A stretch of DNA of 64,000 bases from an uncultured Acidobacteriota bacterium (GTDB taxonomy: Bacteria; Acidobacteriota; UBA6911), in the NCBI GenBank assembly GCA_963747985.1, contig CAVVHG010000014.1:17149-81148 (forward strand). Direction: 5' to 3'. Both the position numbers and the translations under genes were made by a program. The notes below the pieces were generated by a model that was not told the origin of the DNA, did not search any database, and was given only the letters and a program-made list of their open reading frames with translations. This document shows, piece after piece, positions 52,454 through 61,872 of this stretch. The number at the start of each line of letters is the position of its first letter. Within the stretch, counting starts at the first letter, position 1.

Positions 52454-53542
52454 TCACTTGTAGTACTGCCCGAAGCGATTTTCCAGGAACGCCTTCAAGG
52501 CGAAACTCTCCTGCGTGATGAACCCCCCACGAGGCGCGGGGTCCTTCAGCACCAGGTCGAGAACGGCGCAGAGCCCGGCCGCTGTTGTCACCTGGATGGC
52601 GGACCAGAGGGAGCCGGCGATCGTCTGCGGGTAAACCTTCTTGACATAGTTCTCTTCGAACAGGTGTCCTTTCTGCGTTCCGCTTACAGAGACATAGATC
52701 AACACCACGTCCTGTCGCGTCTGCGGAATTGCGTTCTCGAGGATTCGCTTGAGCGTGTCACGGTCGTGGCCCAGCTTGAGGTCCTGCATGAGGAAATGAA
52801 TCTTCTCGCAGTGTCCGGGGTACCTGAGAGTCTTGTAGTTCATGGTACGGACCCTGCCGTCGTAGGTGTCGGCCAGCGTGCCCAACCCTCCCGACGTGTT
52901 GAAGGCCTCGTAGAGCAATCCATCCACCTCGATTGTCTCGTACCCCTCAAGAGGCAGAAGGGCCGTCATCTTGCCGTTCTCGATGCCGTTACAGACATTT
53001 CCGTATTCGTTGATCAGACCATCGGTTGACCAGGTGAGCGAATACTTCAGCACGTTGCTCGGGTGGACAGGAAGTGCGCCGACGCGCAGCTTGACCGTGT
53101 CAAGCTCTTCGAAGTGACTCATGAGCTCGTTGGCAACGATGCTGATGTACCCGGGCGCAAGACCGCACTGAGAGACAAACGCCGCGTGCGCTCCCTGGCT
53201 CACGCGCTTGACCGTCCGGGTTACCTCCACATCCTCAGTCAGGTCGAAATAGTGGATTTCGAATTCCCTCGCCACTTCTGCCACGAGCGCACTGCAATAG
53301 TGAGGCAGCGCCGAGGCAATTGCCCTCGGGCCGGCATCCTTCACCCATCGGCTCAACTTCTCCCGCTCCGTCACGTTGAGCACCATGGGGTGCAGGCGCG
53401 GGTGGGGGAGGTCTCTTTTCGCCCGCTGGATCACGCTTGGGTCAATGTCGGCGAGATAGACGGTGTAGTCGCCGGATTCAGCCAGAAGGCAGGATATCAG
53501 CGAACCGATCTTCCCGGCACCCAGCACCAGTATCTTCTTCAT
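52454..53542 (-). CDS. Saccharopine dehydrogenase family (L-lysine 6-dehydrogenase-like)
   Basis: LGAGKIG, CGLAPG, WSTDGLINEY, EAFNTSGGLG, YKTLRYPGH. Confidence 0.9.
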   Translation of the reverse strand: MKKILVLGAGKIGSLISCLLAESGDYTVYLADIDPSVIQRAKRDLPHPRLHPMVLNVTEREKLSRWVKDAGPRAIASALPHYCSALVAEVAREFEIHYFDLTEDVEVTRTVKRVSQGAHAAFVSQCGLAPGYISIVANELMSHFEELDTVKLRVGALPVHPSNVLKYSLTWSTDGLINEYGNVCNGIENGKMTALLPLEGYETIEVDGLLYEAFNTSGGLGTLADTYDGRVRTMNYKTLRYPGHCEKIHFLMQDLKLGHDRDTLKRILENAIPQTRQDVVLIYVSVSGTQKGHLFEENYVKKVYPQTIAGSLWSAIQVTTAAGLCAVLDLVLKDPAPRGGFITQESFALKAFLENRFGQYYK

Positions 53543-53695
53543 GGTGATTTCCAGTGGCAACCCGGAACGTCGTGACAACGGTCCCGCGGTTCCGTTTGAA
53601 GTTGTTGAACAACGAACCGCAATGCTCGGATGACGCAAACGCAGGGCACGAAAAGGTCACCAGATTCGATGCGTCATTCTCTTGCGGTCACCCGG

Positions 53696-55036
53696 TCATA
53701 CCTTTTCAGGAACCGCATAGGGGGCGCGATAGCGGCGCGACAGGTACAGGTCGGCCTGCGCGTCGCTGACGAACCTCTCCGTATTGGGATCGAACTGGAG
53801 CTGCCGTCCGAGCCTGTAGGCGATGTTCGAGAGATGGCACAAGGCGGTCGAGCGCTGGCCCTCCTCGATGTCCGCCGCCAGATCTTCCACTCTCCGGGAA
53901 CGCATCGCATCGATGAAATTCTTGAAGTGCGGGGAGTCTCCTGTCCCGCGCAGGTTCGCAGGATCGGCAGCGTCTTCCGAGGAATCCATGGAGGGACCGG
54001 GTTCGTCCTTCCGCCCGAAGTACGTTTTCCACGTCGATCCATTGAGGTGCATCCAGCCCTTGGAGCCAAAGAAGAGATTCCCGATGGTGATTCCGTCTTC
54101 GGCATTTGTATACAGGCCCCGGACCTCGAATTCGATGATCCTGCCGTCGGCGAACTCCAGGGTCGCCATCTGCGTGTTGGGGGTTTCCTGGTCGGAGTCA
54201 AACAAAAAGTAGCCGCCGGCACAGTGGATCCTGACGGGATAATCGTATATATCCATCCCCCAGCGCGCGATGTCCATCTGGTGTGGGCCCTGGTTGCCGA
54301 GATCGGCACAGCCGTAATCCCAGAACCAGTGCCAGTTGTAGTGAAACCGGTTTTCGTTGAAGGGTCGGTATGGCGCGGGGCCCAGCCACAGGTCGTAGTG
54401 CACTCCTTCCGGGATCGGACTGTTGGGCTTTCTGCCGATGCTCTCCCGGGGCTTGAAGCAAAGGCCCTTGGCCATGTAAACGTCGCCGATGCCGCCCTCG
54501 TGAAGGAACTGGATCGCGGCCCTGACACTCCTGTTGCTGCGGTTTTGCATCCCCGCCTGGACGACCCGGTTGTACTTCCGCGCGGCCTCGACTGCCTGGC
54601 GCCCCTCCCAGATGTTGTGGGACGTAGGTTTTTCGACGTAGACATCCTTGCCCGCCTGGCAGGCCCAGACGGTCGCCAGCGCATGCCAGTGGTCCGGCGC
54701 CGCAACCGAGATTGCGTCTACGTCCTTGTCGTCCAGAATCTTCCGGATGTCGACCCCGGTCTTGGGCTTCCGGGGCGACAGTTTCTCCATCTCGGCCAGG
54801 TGCGGCGGAAAGACTCTCTCGTCGATGTCGCAGAGGTAAGTAACCTCGACATTCGGTAACTTGGCAAACTCCGTGTAATGGCTGGTTCCACGGCCCCGGA
54901 CGCCCATGACGGCGATGTGGATCGTATCGTTGGGGCTGGTCTGCGACCAGGACGGCTTGACCAGAGGCGCGGATGCCGCTGCAGCGGCGACTGTCCCTGC
55001 GTTCTTCAAGAACTTGCGGCGGTTCAGGGTATTCAT
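53696..55036 (-). CDS. Tat-exported Gfo/Idh/MocA oxidoreductase
   Basis: LNRRKFL Tat motif, GVRGRG, PDHWHA, VYVEKP, YDLWLGPAP, GNQGPHQMD. Confidence 0.95.
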   Translation of the reverse strand: MNTLNRRKFLKNAGTVAAAAASAPLVKPSWSQTSPNDTIHIAVMGVRGRGTSHYTEFAKLPNVEVTYLCDIDERVFPPHLAEMEKLSPRKPKTGVDIRKILDDKDVDAISVAAPDHWHALATVWACQAGKDVYVEKPTSHNIWEGRQAVEAARKYNRVVQAGMQNRSNRSVRAAIQFLHEGGIGDVYMAKGLCFKPRESIGRKPNSPIPEGVHYDLWLGPAPYRPFNENRFHYNWHWFWDYGCADLGNQGPHQMDIARWGMDIYDYPVRIHCAGGYFLFDSDQETPNTQMATLEFADGRIIEFEVRGLYTNAEDGITIGNLFFGSKGWMHLNGSTWKTYFGRKDEPGPSMDSSEDAADPANLRGTGDSPHFKNFIDAMRSRRVEDLAADIEEGQRSTALCHLSNIAYRLGRQLQFDPNTERFVSDAQADLYLSRRYRAPYAVPEKV

Positions 55037-55451
55037 CTGGAAATCCTCCTTTGTTCATCCGGGACACCGAGTCTCCGGCGAGCGGCACGAAATCGCGGCT
55101 CCGCCATTATAGCGGAACGGCCGAATCAATAATACCTGTGCGCTGACACTGCCGGAGCAGGTATCATGAGGACACAGCAGAGTTTCAGGTTGCCAGGAGA
55201 GATTCATGACGCGGCGTGCAACGAATCCGATTATTCACGGCCAGGCCCATCCGTCGCACGGGGTACTGCCGGTGATTCCGAGGTGAAGCAGGTACTACCT
55301 CAGTCGACGGCGGGAAAGGGCAGACGCGAAGTGCCGGAAGTACGCAGCCACGCGCGTCAGCGCGTGGTTGCTGACGACAAATAGAATCGCGCCCCGTCCC
55401 GGCACACCCGAATCGAATGATTGATTCGCACGTTCCGACTGGACAGGTGAG

Positions 55452-56234
55452 ATGGTGAGCGTCGCTTTGACCATTGCAGGGTCGGATCCCTCAGGAGGGG
55501 CCGGGATCCAGGCAGACCTGAAGACATTCCACCAGTTCGGAGTCTACGGGATGAGCGTCCTGACTCTCGTGACGGTGCAGAATACGCAGCGTGTTAGTGC
55601 TGTCCACCCGCTGGATCCGGCTATTGTGGCCGCGCAGCTCGATGCCGTGCTCGAGGACATCCCGCCGGCAGCGGCCAAGACGGGAGCTCTGGGCACGGCC
55701 GGGATCATACAGGTAATCGCGGACCGGGCAGGCGACTTCGGATTCCCGCTCGTCGTGGATCCGGTGATGATCAGCAAGCATGGCGCACCGCTGATCGCCG
55801 CCGACGCCCGCTCGGTGCTCGTGCGCTCGCTCCTTCCCAGGGCTTTCGTGGTCACGCCGAATCTCCAGGAAGCCGAAGCGCTGGCGGAAATGCCGGTCGG
55901 CAATGTCCGGGAGATGGAGGAGGCCGCACGCCGCATTTCGGCGTTCGGCCCGGCAGCCGTGCTGGTTAAAGGCGGCCACCTTGCCGATAAGGCGGTTGAC
56001 GTGCTGTACTGGAGGGGCACAGTCCAGCATTTTGTCGCACAGAAAGTTGCGACCGTGCACACGCACGGCACAGGTTGCACCTACTCAGCTGCGATCGCCG
56101 CGGAGCTGGCAAAAGGCCGGCGGCTTCCCCAGGCCGTGGAAACTGCCAAACGGTTTATCACGGCTGCAATCCGGACAAGCCCGGGAATCGGCAAAGGGGT
56201 TGGGCCGGTGAATCATCACGCGCAGCTCGAGTAA
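55452..56234 (+). CDS. thiD: Hydroxymethylpyrimidine/phosphomethylpyrimidine kinase
   Basis: [45 protein letters not shown]. Confidence 0.97.
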   Translation: MVSVALTIAGSDPSGGAGIQADLKTFHQFGVYGMSVLTLVTVQNTQRVSAVHPLDPAIVAAQLDAVLEDIPPAAAKTGALGTAGIIQVIADRAGDFGFPLVVDPVMISKHGAPLIAADARSVLVRSLLPRAFVVTPNLQEAEALAEMPVGNVREMEEAARRISAFGPAAVLVKGGHLADKAVDVLYWRGTVQHFVAQKVATVHTHGTGCTYSAAIAAELAKGRRLPQAVETAKRFITAAIRTSPGIGKGVGPVNHHAQLE

Positions 56235-56308
56235 GGAGACTTGCCCCGGTGCAGCCGGTTACTTCGGCAGAACCGCCGCAAGGCCCCGGTCAAGAACAAG
56301 CGATCTCT

Positions 56309-57169
56309 ATGAAGAAATCGGGATTTGAAGGATCACAGGAAACCGATGGCGAACACGCGCCGTCAAAGGCCTACGAGAACCGGCGCTTCCTGCACAGCCG
56401 GGACGCGCGCGTAGTGCGGGTGCTGAGCGAATACCTCGAGCCCGCCAGCCGGTTCCGCTGGCAGAACGTCGAAGACTTCGTCGTCTTTTTCGGTTCTTCC
56501 AGGGCAAGGTCAGGCGAGGAAACGCAGGCGCGGCTCAAACAGCTGCGATCGCAGGTTCCCCGGGGCGCAAACCCGGAGGCTGAACTCGCGGGGCAGATAC
56601 GTCAGGCGGAGCAGGAGGTCAAGCTCTCGCGGTATTACGAGGATGCGCGGGTTCTCGCGCGCCTGCTGGCCGACTGGGCGAAGGGCTTGAACGGCGGCCT
56701 CAAGCGACTTATGGTCTGCTCGGGGGGAGGGCCGGGGATTATGGAGGCGGCGAATCGCGGGGCCAGCGAGGCAGGAGTTCAATCCATCGGCCTGTCCATA
56801 AGCCTGCCTCAGGAACAGAAGGTAAATCCCTATGTCTCGCACGAACTCGCTTTCCAGTTCCATTACTTCTTCATGCGCAAGTTCTGGTTCGTGTATCTGG
56901 CCAAGGCTCTCGTGATTTTTCCCGGCGGCTTCGGTACCATGGATGAGATGTTCGAGCTCCTCACGCTCATCCAGACCGGGAAGACCCGGAAGAGGATGCC
57001 CGTGCTGATCTACGGACCCGAATACTGGAATGATGTGTTGAACTTCGATGCCCTGGTGCGATGGAATACGATTTCCGAGGAGGATCTTCGCCTGATCCAC
57101 TTCTCAGATGATCCCGAGGAAGCGTTCGAGCACCTGAGGAACGAGCTCACGGCCATCTACAAACTTTAG
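56309..57169 (+). CDS. LOG family (TIGR00730-like) nucleotide phosphoribohydrolase
   Basis: [39 protein letters not shown]; helical insertion; alternative GTG start at 56249. Confidence 0.92.
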   Translation: MKKSGFEGSQETDGEHAPSKAYENRRFLHSRDARVVRVLSEYLEPASRFRWQNVEDFVVFFGSSRARSGEETQARLKQLRSQVPRGANPEAELAGQIRQAEQEVKLSRYYEDARVLARLLADWAKGLNGGLKRLMVCSGGGPGIMEAANRGASEAGVQSIGLSISLPQEQKVNPYVSHELAFQFHYFFMRKFWFVYLAKALVIFPGGFGTMDEMFELLTLIQTGKTRKRMPVLIYGPEYWNDVLNFDALVRWNTISEEDLRLIHFSDDPEEAFEHLRNELTAIYKL

Positions 57170-57200
57170 AAGACGGGTTCGGGGGACCCGCGCGCGAGAC

Positions 57201-58541
57201 ATGGACAGTATCCTTCTGGAACGGTTGCACGACGAACCTCCGCCCTCTCCCAGGGACCATCGGCACCCCACGGAGAGGGACCGCGACCGGATCCTGCACA
57301 GCTCAGCGTTTCGCAGGCTGCAGGGGAAGACCCAGGTCTTCGGGATTGGCCAGGCGGACTTCTACCGGACCAGGCTCACACACAGCATCGAAACCGCGCA
57401 GATAGCCCGCGCCATTGCCAACAACCTGATCGCGGAGGAAGCTCTACTCAACGGGTGTCTTATCCCCGAACTGGCTGAAGCAGTCGCCCTTGCGCACGAC
57501 CTCGGCCATCCGCCTTTCGGACATGGCGGCGAGCAGACGCTGGATGCGTGCATGGGCGACGTGAGTCGCCGCTTCAATCTCAGGGGCAGGCGCGCGCTAC
57601 GCTTTGAAGGAAACGCCCAGACGTTCCATATTCTGGTTGCGGTGGAGCCGAAGTCGCCCGCTTATCCGGGCCTGAACCTGACCCGGGCCACACTGGCAGG
57701 CGTAGTGAAGTACCCCTTCGAGCAGGATACGGGGAACCACAGGTTCATCTTCACATCCGACAGCGAACAGGCCCGCTGGGCGCTCGAGGGCGGGTCACAG
57801 CTCATCAGCGCCAGGCAGAGAAACGCGGGAGTCAGGCCCAGGACAGCAATTGTCTGCCAGATCCTGGATTGGGCTGACGATTGTGCGTACTCGATCCACG
57901 ACATCGAGGATGCCCTCCAGGCCAGGTTCCTGCGAGCCAGCGACCTGTCGGATGCACGCTTCTGCCGCCGTGTCGCGATGCACTATGACGAGAGGTGCGA
58001 GAGCGAGGCAGTCCCCAGGCTGACTTTGGCGGAGGTCCGTGACCGCCTGAACGACTTCGCTGCCAGAATCCGGCCGCCCGACATCGGTGATGAGCGCGCT
58101 CACAGAAAGCAGGCCCTGCGCGACGTCCTGAATGAATTGATCACGTCTGTCGGGCTCGCCCGGCGGCCGGGCCGGCAGAGGGCTGATTTCAGCTGGGACC
58201 TCGTCGTCCCGGCCGAGTCACGCACCCTCTCCGTGCTCTGCAAGTCCGTGGTGTGGGAGGCGGTCATCACGGATCCCCGGGTCGCAGCGATGATCACAAA
58301 GGGCAAGGAGATCCTGCACGACCTCTTCTACCTGCTCCTGGAGGAACTCGTCGTCAGGAAGAGCTGCAACCTGTTCCCACGGTATTACAGGCCGATCGCC
58401 GAGGAGTGCCTGCAAAAGGGCGAACTCGAGTCAGCCCGGGGCGTGTGCAATTTTCTTGCCCTGCTGACCGACCAGGACGCGCTCAGGTTGCATTCACTGC
58501 TCAAGGGTGCGAAGGTCTCGTCCATTTTTGACCTGCTTTAG
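57201..58541 (+). CDS. dgt: dGTP triphosphohydrolase (HD domain)
   Basis: RDRDRILHS.AFRRLQGKTQVF, RTRLTHS, AHDLGHPPFGHGGE, FEGNAQ, ADD.AY..HD.ED. Confidence 0.95.
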   Translation: MDSILLERLHDEPPPSPRDHRHPTERDRDRILHSSAFRRLQGKTQVFGIGQADFYRTRLTHSIETAQIARAIANNLIAEEALLNGCLIPELAEAVALAHDLGHPPFGHGGEQTLDACMGDVSRRFNLRGRRALRFEGNAQTFHILVAVEPKSPAYPGLNLTRATLAGVVKYPFEQDTGNHRFIFTSDSEQARWALEGGSQLISARQRNAGVRPRTAIVCQILDWADDCAYSIHDIEDALQARFLRASDLSDARFCRRVAMHYDERCESEAVPRLTLAEVRDRLNDFAARIRPPDIGDERAHRKQALRDVLNELITSVGLARRPGRQRADFSWDLVVPAESRTLSVLCKSVVWEAVITDPRVAAMITKGKEILHDLFYLLLEELVVRKSCNLFPRYYRPIAEECLQKGELESARGVCNFLALLTDQDALRLHSLLKGAKVSSIFDLL

Positions 58542-58660
58542 TAAACTCCGATCCCCTGCCCATCGGTCATGCCTTGCCCTATTTGCACACCTGAGGGGTT
58601 CAGGACCTGCTGGCGCCCGAGCGTGTTACACTCTATCGGAAACATCGGAGGGTCTTTGGG

Positions 58661-59503
58661 ATGAACAGGCGAATTCTACTGACTTGTGCAGGGGTTGCCC
58701 TGTGCGCCAGCCTGCCTCTTGCCCGATCTCAACAGAGGAGCTGTGACGAAATGGAGCAGTTTCTGCGACAAGCCGGCATCGCCGACGTCCGGGATACGCC
58801 AAAGGGCGTCACCCGCCCGAAGCGCGCGACGCTGGAGAGCGGCAGCCTGAAACACGACGCCAGTATCCAGACCGTCGATCAAACGTTGAAGAGCCCGACC
58901 ATGGGCCCGGGAAGTATCGAGCTCAATATCCGCGACTACTGGGGCTACAACATCGCCGGCTACGAACTCGCCAAGATGTTGGAACTCAACATGGTCCCGC
59001 CTTACGTCGAGCGAAGGATCGAGGGGTATAGAGCATCGCTGTCATGGTGGGTTCCCGGCGTGGTGATGGATGAGGGTGAACGCCTCAAGCGCAGGCTCGA
59101 ACCGCCTGATCCCGAGCAGTGGAACAGGCAGATGGCCGTGGTCCGGATCTTCAGCCAGCTGATTTACAACGCAGACGACAACCTGACGAATTTTTTGATC
59201 ACCAAGGACTGGCGCCTCTGGATGATCGACTTCAGCCGCGCGTTCCGGCCGCACAAGACGCTGCGAAATCCGGAAAACCTCACACGCTGCGATCGCCGGT
59301 TTCTGGATAACATGCGCCACCTGAACAGAGCGTTGCTCCAGCAGAAGCTGAGCCCCTACCTGAAGCGCTCGGACATCGAGGCGCTGCTCTCGAGGCGCGA
59401 CAAGATCGTGAAGTTATTCGAGGACGAGATCGCGCGGAAGGGGGAAGCGGAAGTCCTGTTCGATCTGGGACGCGTCGGAGAGACCTGCGGCACTGGTCTG
59501 TGA
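58661..59503 (+). CDS. Exported protein with PI3/PI4-kinase-like (atypical kinase) motifs
   Basis: Signal peptide; YNIAGYEL...LELNMVPP.VER, catalytic-loop-like NADDNLTN and WMIDFSRAF. Confidence 0.6.
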   Translation: MNRRILLTCAGVALCASLPLARSQQRSCDEMEQFLRQAGIADVRDTPKGVTRPKRATLESGSLKHDASIQTVDQTLKSPTMGPGSIELNIRDYWGYNIAGYELAKMLELNMVPPYVERRIEGYRASLSWWVPGVVMDEGERLKRRLEPPDPEQWNRQMAVVRIFSQLIYNADDNLTNFLITKDWRLWMIDFSRAFRPHKTLRNPENLTRCDRRFLDNMRHLNRALLQQKLSPYLKRSDIEALLSRRDKIVKLFEDEIARKGEAEVLFDLGRVGETCGTGL

Positions 59504-59549
59504 GGGCAGCTCCGGCGCGACGTTCGAGGGCTCAGTCGGCCTTCCGTCC

Positions 59550-60329
59550 CTAACGGGGAACCCCCGGACTGTCGGCGATATAAGGCCGGATCCTGGCGCG
59601 GGTGGGGCGCGAGTGGGCCGGGACAACGCACCTCCACAACGCCGTCGCCCACCACGACGCCGCCTCCCGGAATGACAAGGCGTTTGGCTCAATCCTGACC
59701 TGGCCGCGCTTGACGGCCGCGATCACGGATCGCACTCCGGGTTCTGCCCGGATCCAGGTAAACGTCCTTCCCAGCTGCCACAGCACGTGAGCGTCGGAGT
59801 TTCCGATCAGCGGCTTCCCGTGCTTCAGGCCTATCCGCTCCGCGTGACGGTTGAAATCCACCCGCCTGGTGAAGAAGCCTGAAAACTCGATAGCATCAAA
59901 CAGGTCTATGTGCCTCTCGAGCTGGCTCCGCAGGGAGGTCCAGGCCGGGTAGTACGGGTGCGGAGCAACCACCAGCGTGTCCGGCCCGCGGCGTGCCCGG
60001 ATCTTCTCAAAAGTGCTGAGATTCTCCCACCCGGTTCTGAAGTTGTAGACCAGGGTATGGAACCGCCCCTCCGCGTGGACCTCCATGCCGGGAATGAGGG
60101 TCACACCCAGGCTCTCGGCGTACTCCGAGAGTTCCCGGCTCCAGACGTCCAGATCGTGGCACGTAATGGCAAGGACCTCGTAACCGAGCCTGGCCGCCTC
60201 CCGGATCAGTTCATCCGGAGAATGTGCGCACATTCGATAATCGTACGGGTCCAGGCTGCAGTGCGCATGCAGCTCCGCCTTGAGCCAGCGCTCACCTGAT
60301 TTCGCCGAATCTGCCAAGATCACCTGCAC
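59550..60329 (-). CDS. PHP-domain phosphoesterase
   Basis: ELHAHCSLD, ITCHD, IPGMEV, FH, APHPY, NSDAH. Confidence 0.88.
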   Translation of the reverse strand: MQVILADSAKSGERWLKAELHAHCSLDPYDYRMCAHSPDELIREAARLGYEVLAITCHDLDVWSRELSEYAESLGVTLIPGMEVHAEGRFHTLVYNFRTGWENLSTFEKIRARRGPDTLVVAPHPYYPAWTSLRSQLERHIDLFDAIEFSGFFTRRVDFNRHAERIGLKHGKPLIGNSDAHVLWQLGRTFTWIRAEPGVRSVIAAVKRGQVRIEPNALSFREAASWWATALWRCVVPAHSRPTRARIRPYIADSPGVPR

Positions 60330-60636
60330 CCTTCGTCAAATGCTTGCGTATAGAACAAAATGATGCCAGATCGAGACCAGAGGTCCAACCCCGAGACCCT
60401 TATCGACGCTGCCAGGCCTGTGGGTAACCTGTATTCGCCCTGGAGCCGGCCGGATGCTGGGGTAAACCCCTCCCCGCCCGACCTTTTTCCCGGCTGACGC
60501 CTGGAGAAGTGCTCCACTATCGAAATTCGGGCGAATAGGCGAACCGGTGTTGAACTATCATAGGCACGGAAGTCGAAGGAAGATAGCATTGTCAGGGGAT
60601 CGGGGAATCAAGGTAGATCCTTGACGCTGACAGCTG

Positions 60637-61020
60637 CTACCCAATCAGATCTATCTTCCTGGATCTCGGCGGGTCGGCCTGGTACGGTCCCCTCCGCTGG
60701 CCGCTTTTCGGCACGGACCGGAATTCATTCGTGGCTGGTTCGGCCGGCGCGGGCGCAGACTTTATCTTGGCGCCTCGCAGCCGCTCGGAAGCCTGTTCCA
60801 TGCTGGCCAGCATGTCGACTGCGGCGGCAGGGGGATGGGTACGAATGTTGCCGGAATTGAAATCCTGACCGGTTGCCTTAGCCGAGGGGCGTATTTGCGC
60901 AACTTCTTCGACCAGATGCTGAACCGGCTGCCTGACGGATGCCCGCGCTGCGGCTGCGGCGGCGCTCCGCGCCACGGAGCGCTGCGCACTGGCGATGCCG
61001 CTGGCAAGTATCTGAGACAT
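60637..61020 (-). CDS. Hypothetical small protein, possibly flagellar-regulon associated
   Basis: GGAG RBS 7 nt before ATG; Ala-rich N-terminal helix (SGIASAQRSVARSA); C-terminal RKIDLIG. Confidence 0.5.
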   Translation of the reverse strand: MSQILASGIASAQRSVARSAAAAAARASVRQPVQHLVEEVAQIRPSAKATGQDFNSGNIRTHPPAAAVDMLASMEQASERLRGAKIKSAPAPAEPATNEFRSVPKSGQRRGPYQADPPRSRKIDLIG

Positions 61021-61111
61021 AACGCTTCTCCGGGCGTCCTGTCATGTACCGTAGTCGAGACAGGACACCTGGCGCGGGTGGGGAAGTGCGCTATTTCTGG
61101 TTGTATTCTCC

Positions 61112-61139
61112 TTATCGGAATCGCTTACGCCTTTCTTTA
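61112..61139 (-). promoter_or_regulatory. Candidate sigma-28 (FliA/SigD) promoter
   Basis: Minus strand TAAA-N16-TCCGATAA versus consensus TAAA-N15/16-GCCGATAA, about 90 nt upstream of the 61020 start. Confidence 0.45.
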
Positions 61140-61147
61140 GGAGCAGT

Positions 61148-61582
61148 ATGCCCGATCCAATTTTCGTCGAGGGAGGCGTTCTGGTCCCGGCGGACGCGCT
61201 GGAGGTACGCGCGGTGCGCGCATCCGGTCCGGGGGGACAGAACGTGAACAAGGTCGCTTCCAAGATTGAGCTCAAGGTGAACCTGGAGAAGATCCAGGGC
61301 ATGGATGCCGCCGGCCGCAAGAGGCTGCTTCGGATTGTCGCCAAGCGCATCGACAGCGGGGGGAGGCTTCTTGTCACGAGTCAGCGTACACGGGACCAGT
61401 ACCGCAACCTTCAGGATGCCCGCAAGAAGGTTCACGACTGGATCACCCGGGCGCTTCGCCCCCCGAAGAAGCGAATCCGGACACAGCCTTCGGGGGCGTC
61501 CACCCAACGCCGCCTGGAGGCTAAACACCATCTGTCTAAGATCAAGCAGGCCCGTCGCGCGGTTACGCCGGTCGAAGACTGA
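61148..61582 (+). CDS. arfB: Alternative ribosome rescue factor B (peptidyl-tRNA hydrolase YaeJ)
   Basis: RASGPGGQNVNKV (GGQ), SQRTRDQYRN, basic tail PPKKRIRT...RR...K...S.IK..R. Confidence 0.96.
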   Translation: MPDPIFVEGGVLVPADALEVRAVRASGPGGQNVNKVASKIELKVNLEKIQGMDAAGRKRLLRIVAKRIDSGGRLLVTSQRTRDQYRNLQDARKKVHDWITRALRPPKKRIRTQPSGASTQRRLEAKHHLSKIKQARRAVTPVED

Positions 61583-61712
61583 AGCGGACCGGAGGAGAGT
61601 GTCTTGCCTCGCACTGTATGCGGTCACGGGCGCGGGCACCGAGCGCCTTTCCCTGTGCTGTTCCTGTGCCAGCGAGATGCCGGTCCTGAGCGCCCACCCG
61701 CGTTCTCGAGTC

Positions 61713-61819
61713 CCTTGTATGCTGAAAACCGACCCCAAATGGCCCGCTAAGGCCTCTTTTGTGCCCAGCAAACAAGGCTAACTGGATGAGTCAAAAACAG
61801 ATAGCTCGGTCCGACCCCG
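61713..61819. repeat. About 105-bp dispersed intergenic element, copy 2
   Basis: Same four conserved blocks and spacing as 41735-41840. Confidence 0.7.
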
Positions 61820-61825
61820 TATGTC

Positions 61826-61851
61826 CAGGGGCCGCGAGACCGCGGCCCCTG
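61826..61851. terminator. Perfect 11-bp hairpin downstream of the TonB receptor
   Basis: CAGGGGCCGCG-agac-CGCGGCCCCTG. Confidence 0.6.
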
Positions 61852-61872
61852 TGTTCAGGGAGGAGAGGATCC

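Noticed and set aside
53543-53695. Lysine riboswitch upstream of the lysine-dehydrogenase-like gene
   Set aside because: Only one imperfect hairpin (about 53585-53619); the leader is short and lacks the lysine-aptamer consensus.
55037-55451. TPP riboswitch upstream of thiD
   Set aside because: The CTGAGA and GAACCTGAT/TAAT-GCG-AGGGA core motifs are not present.
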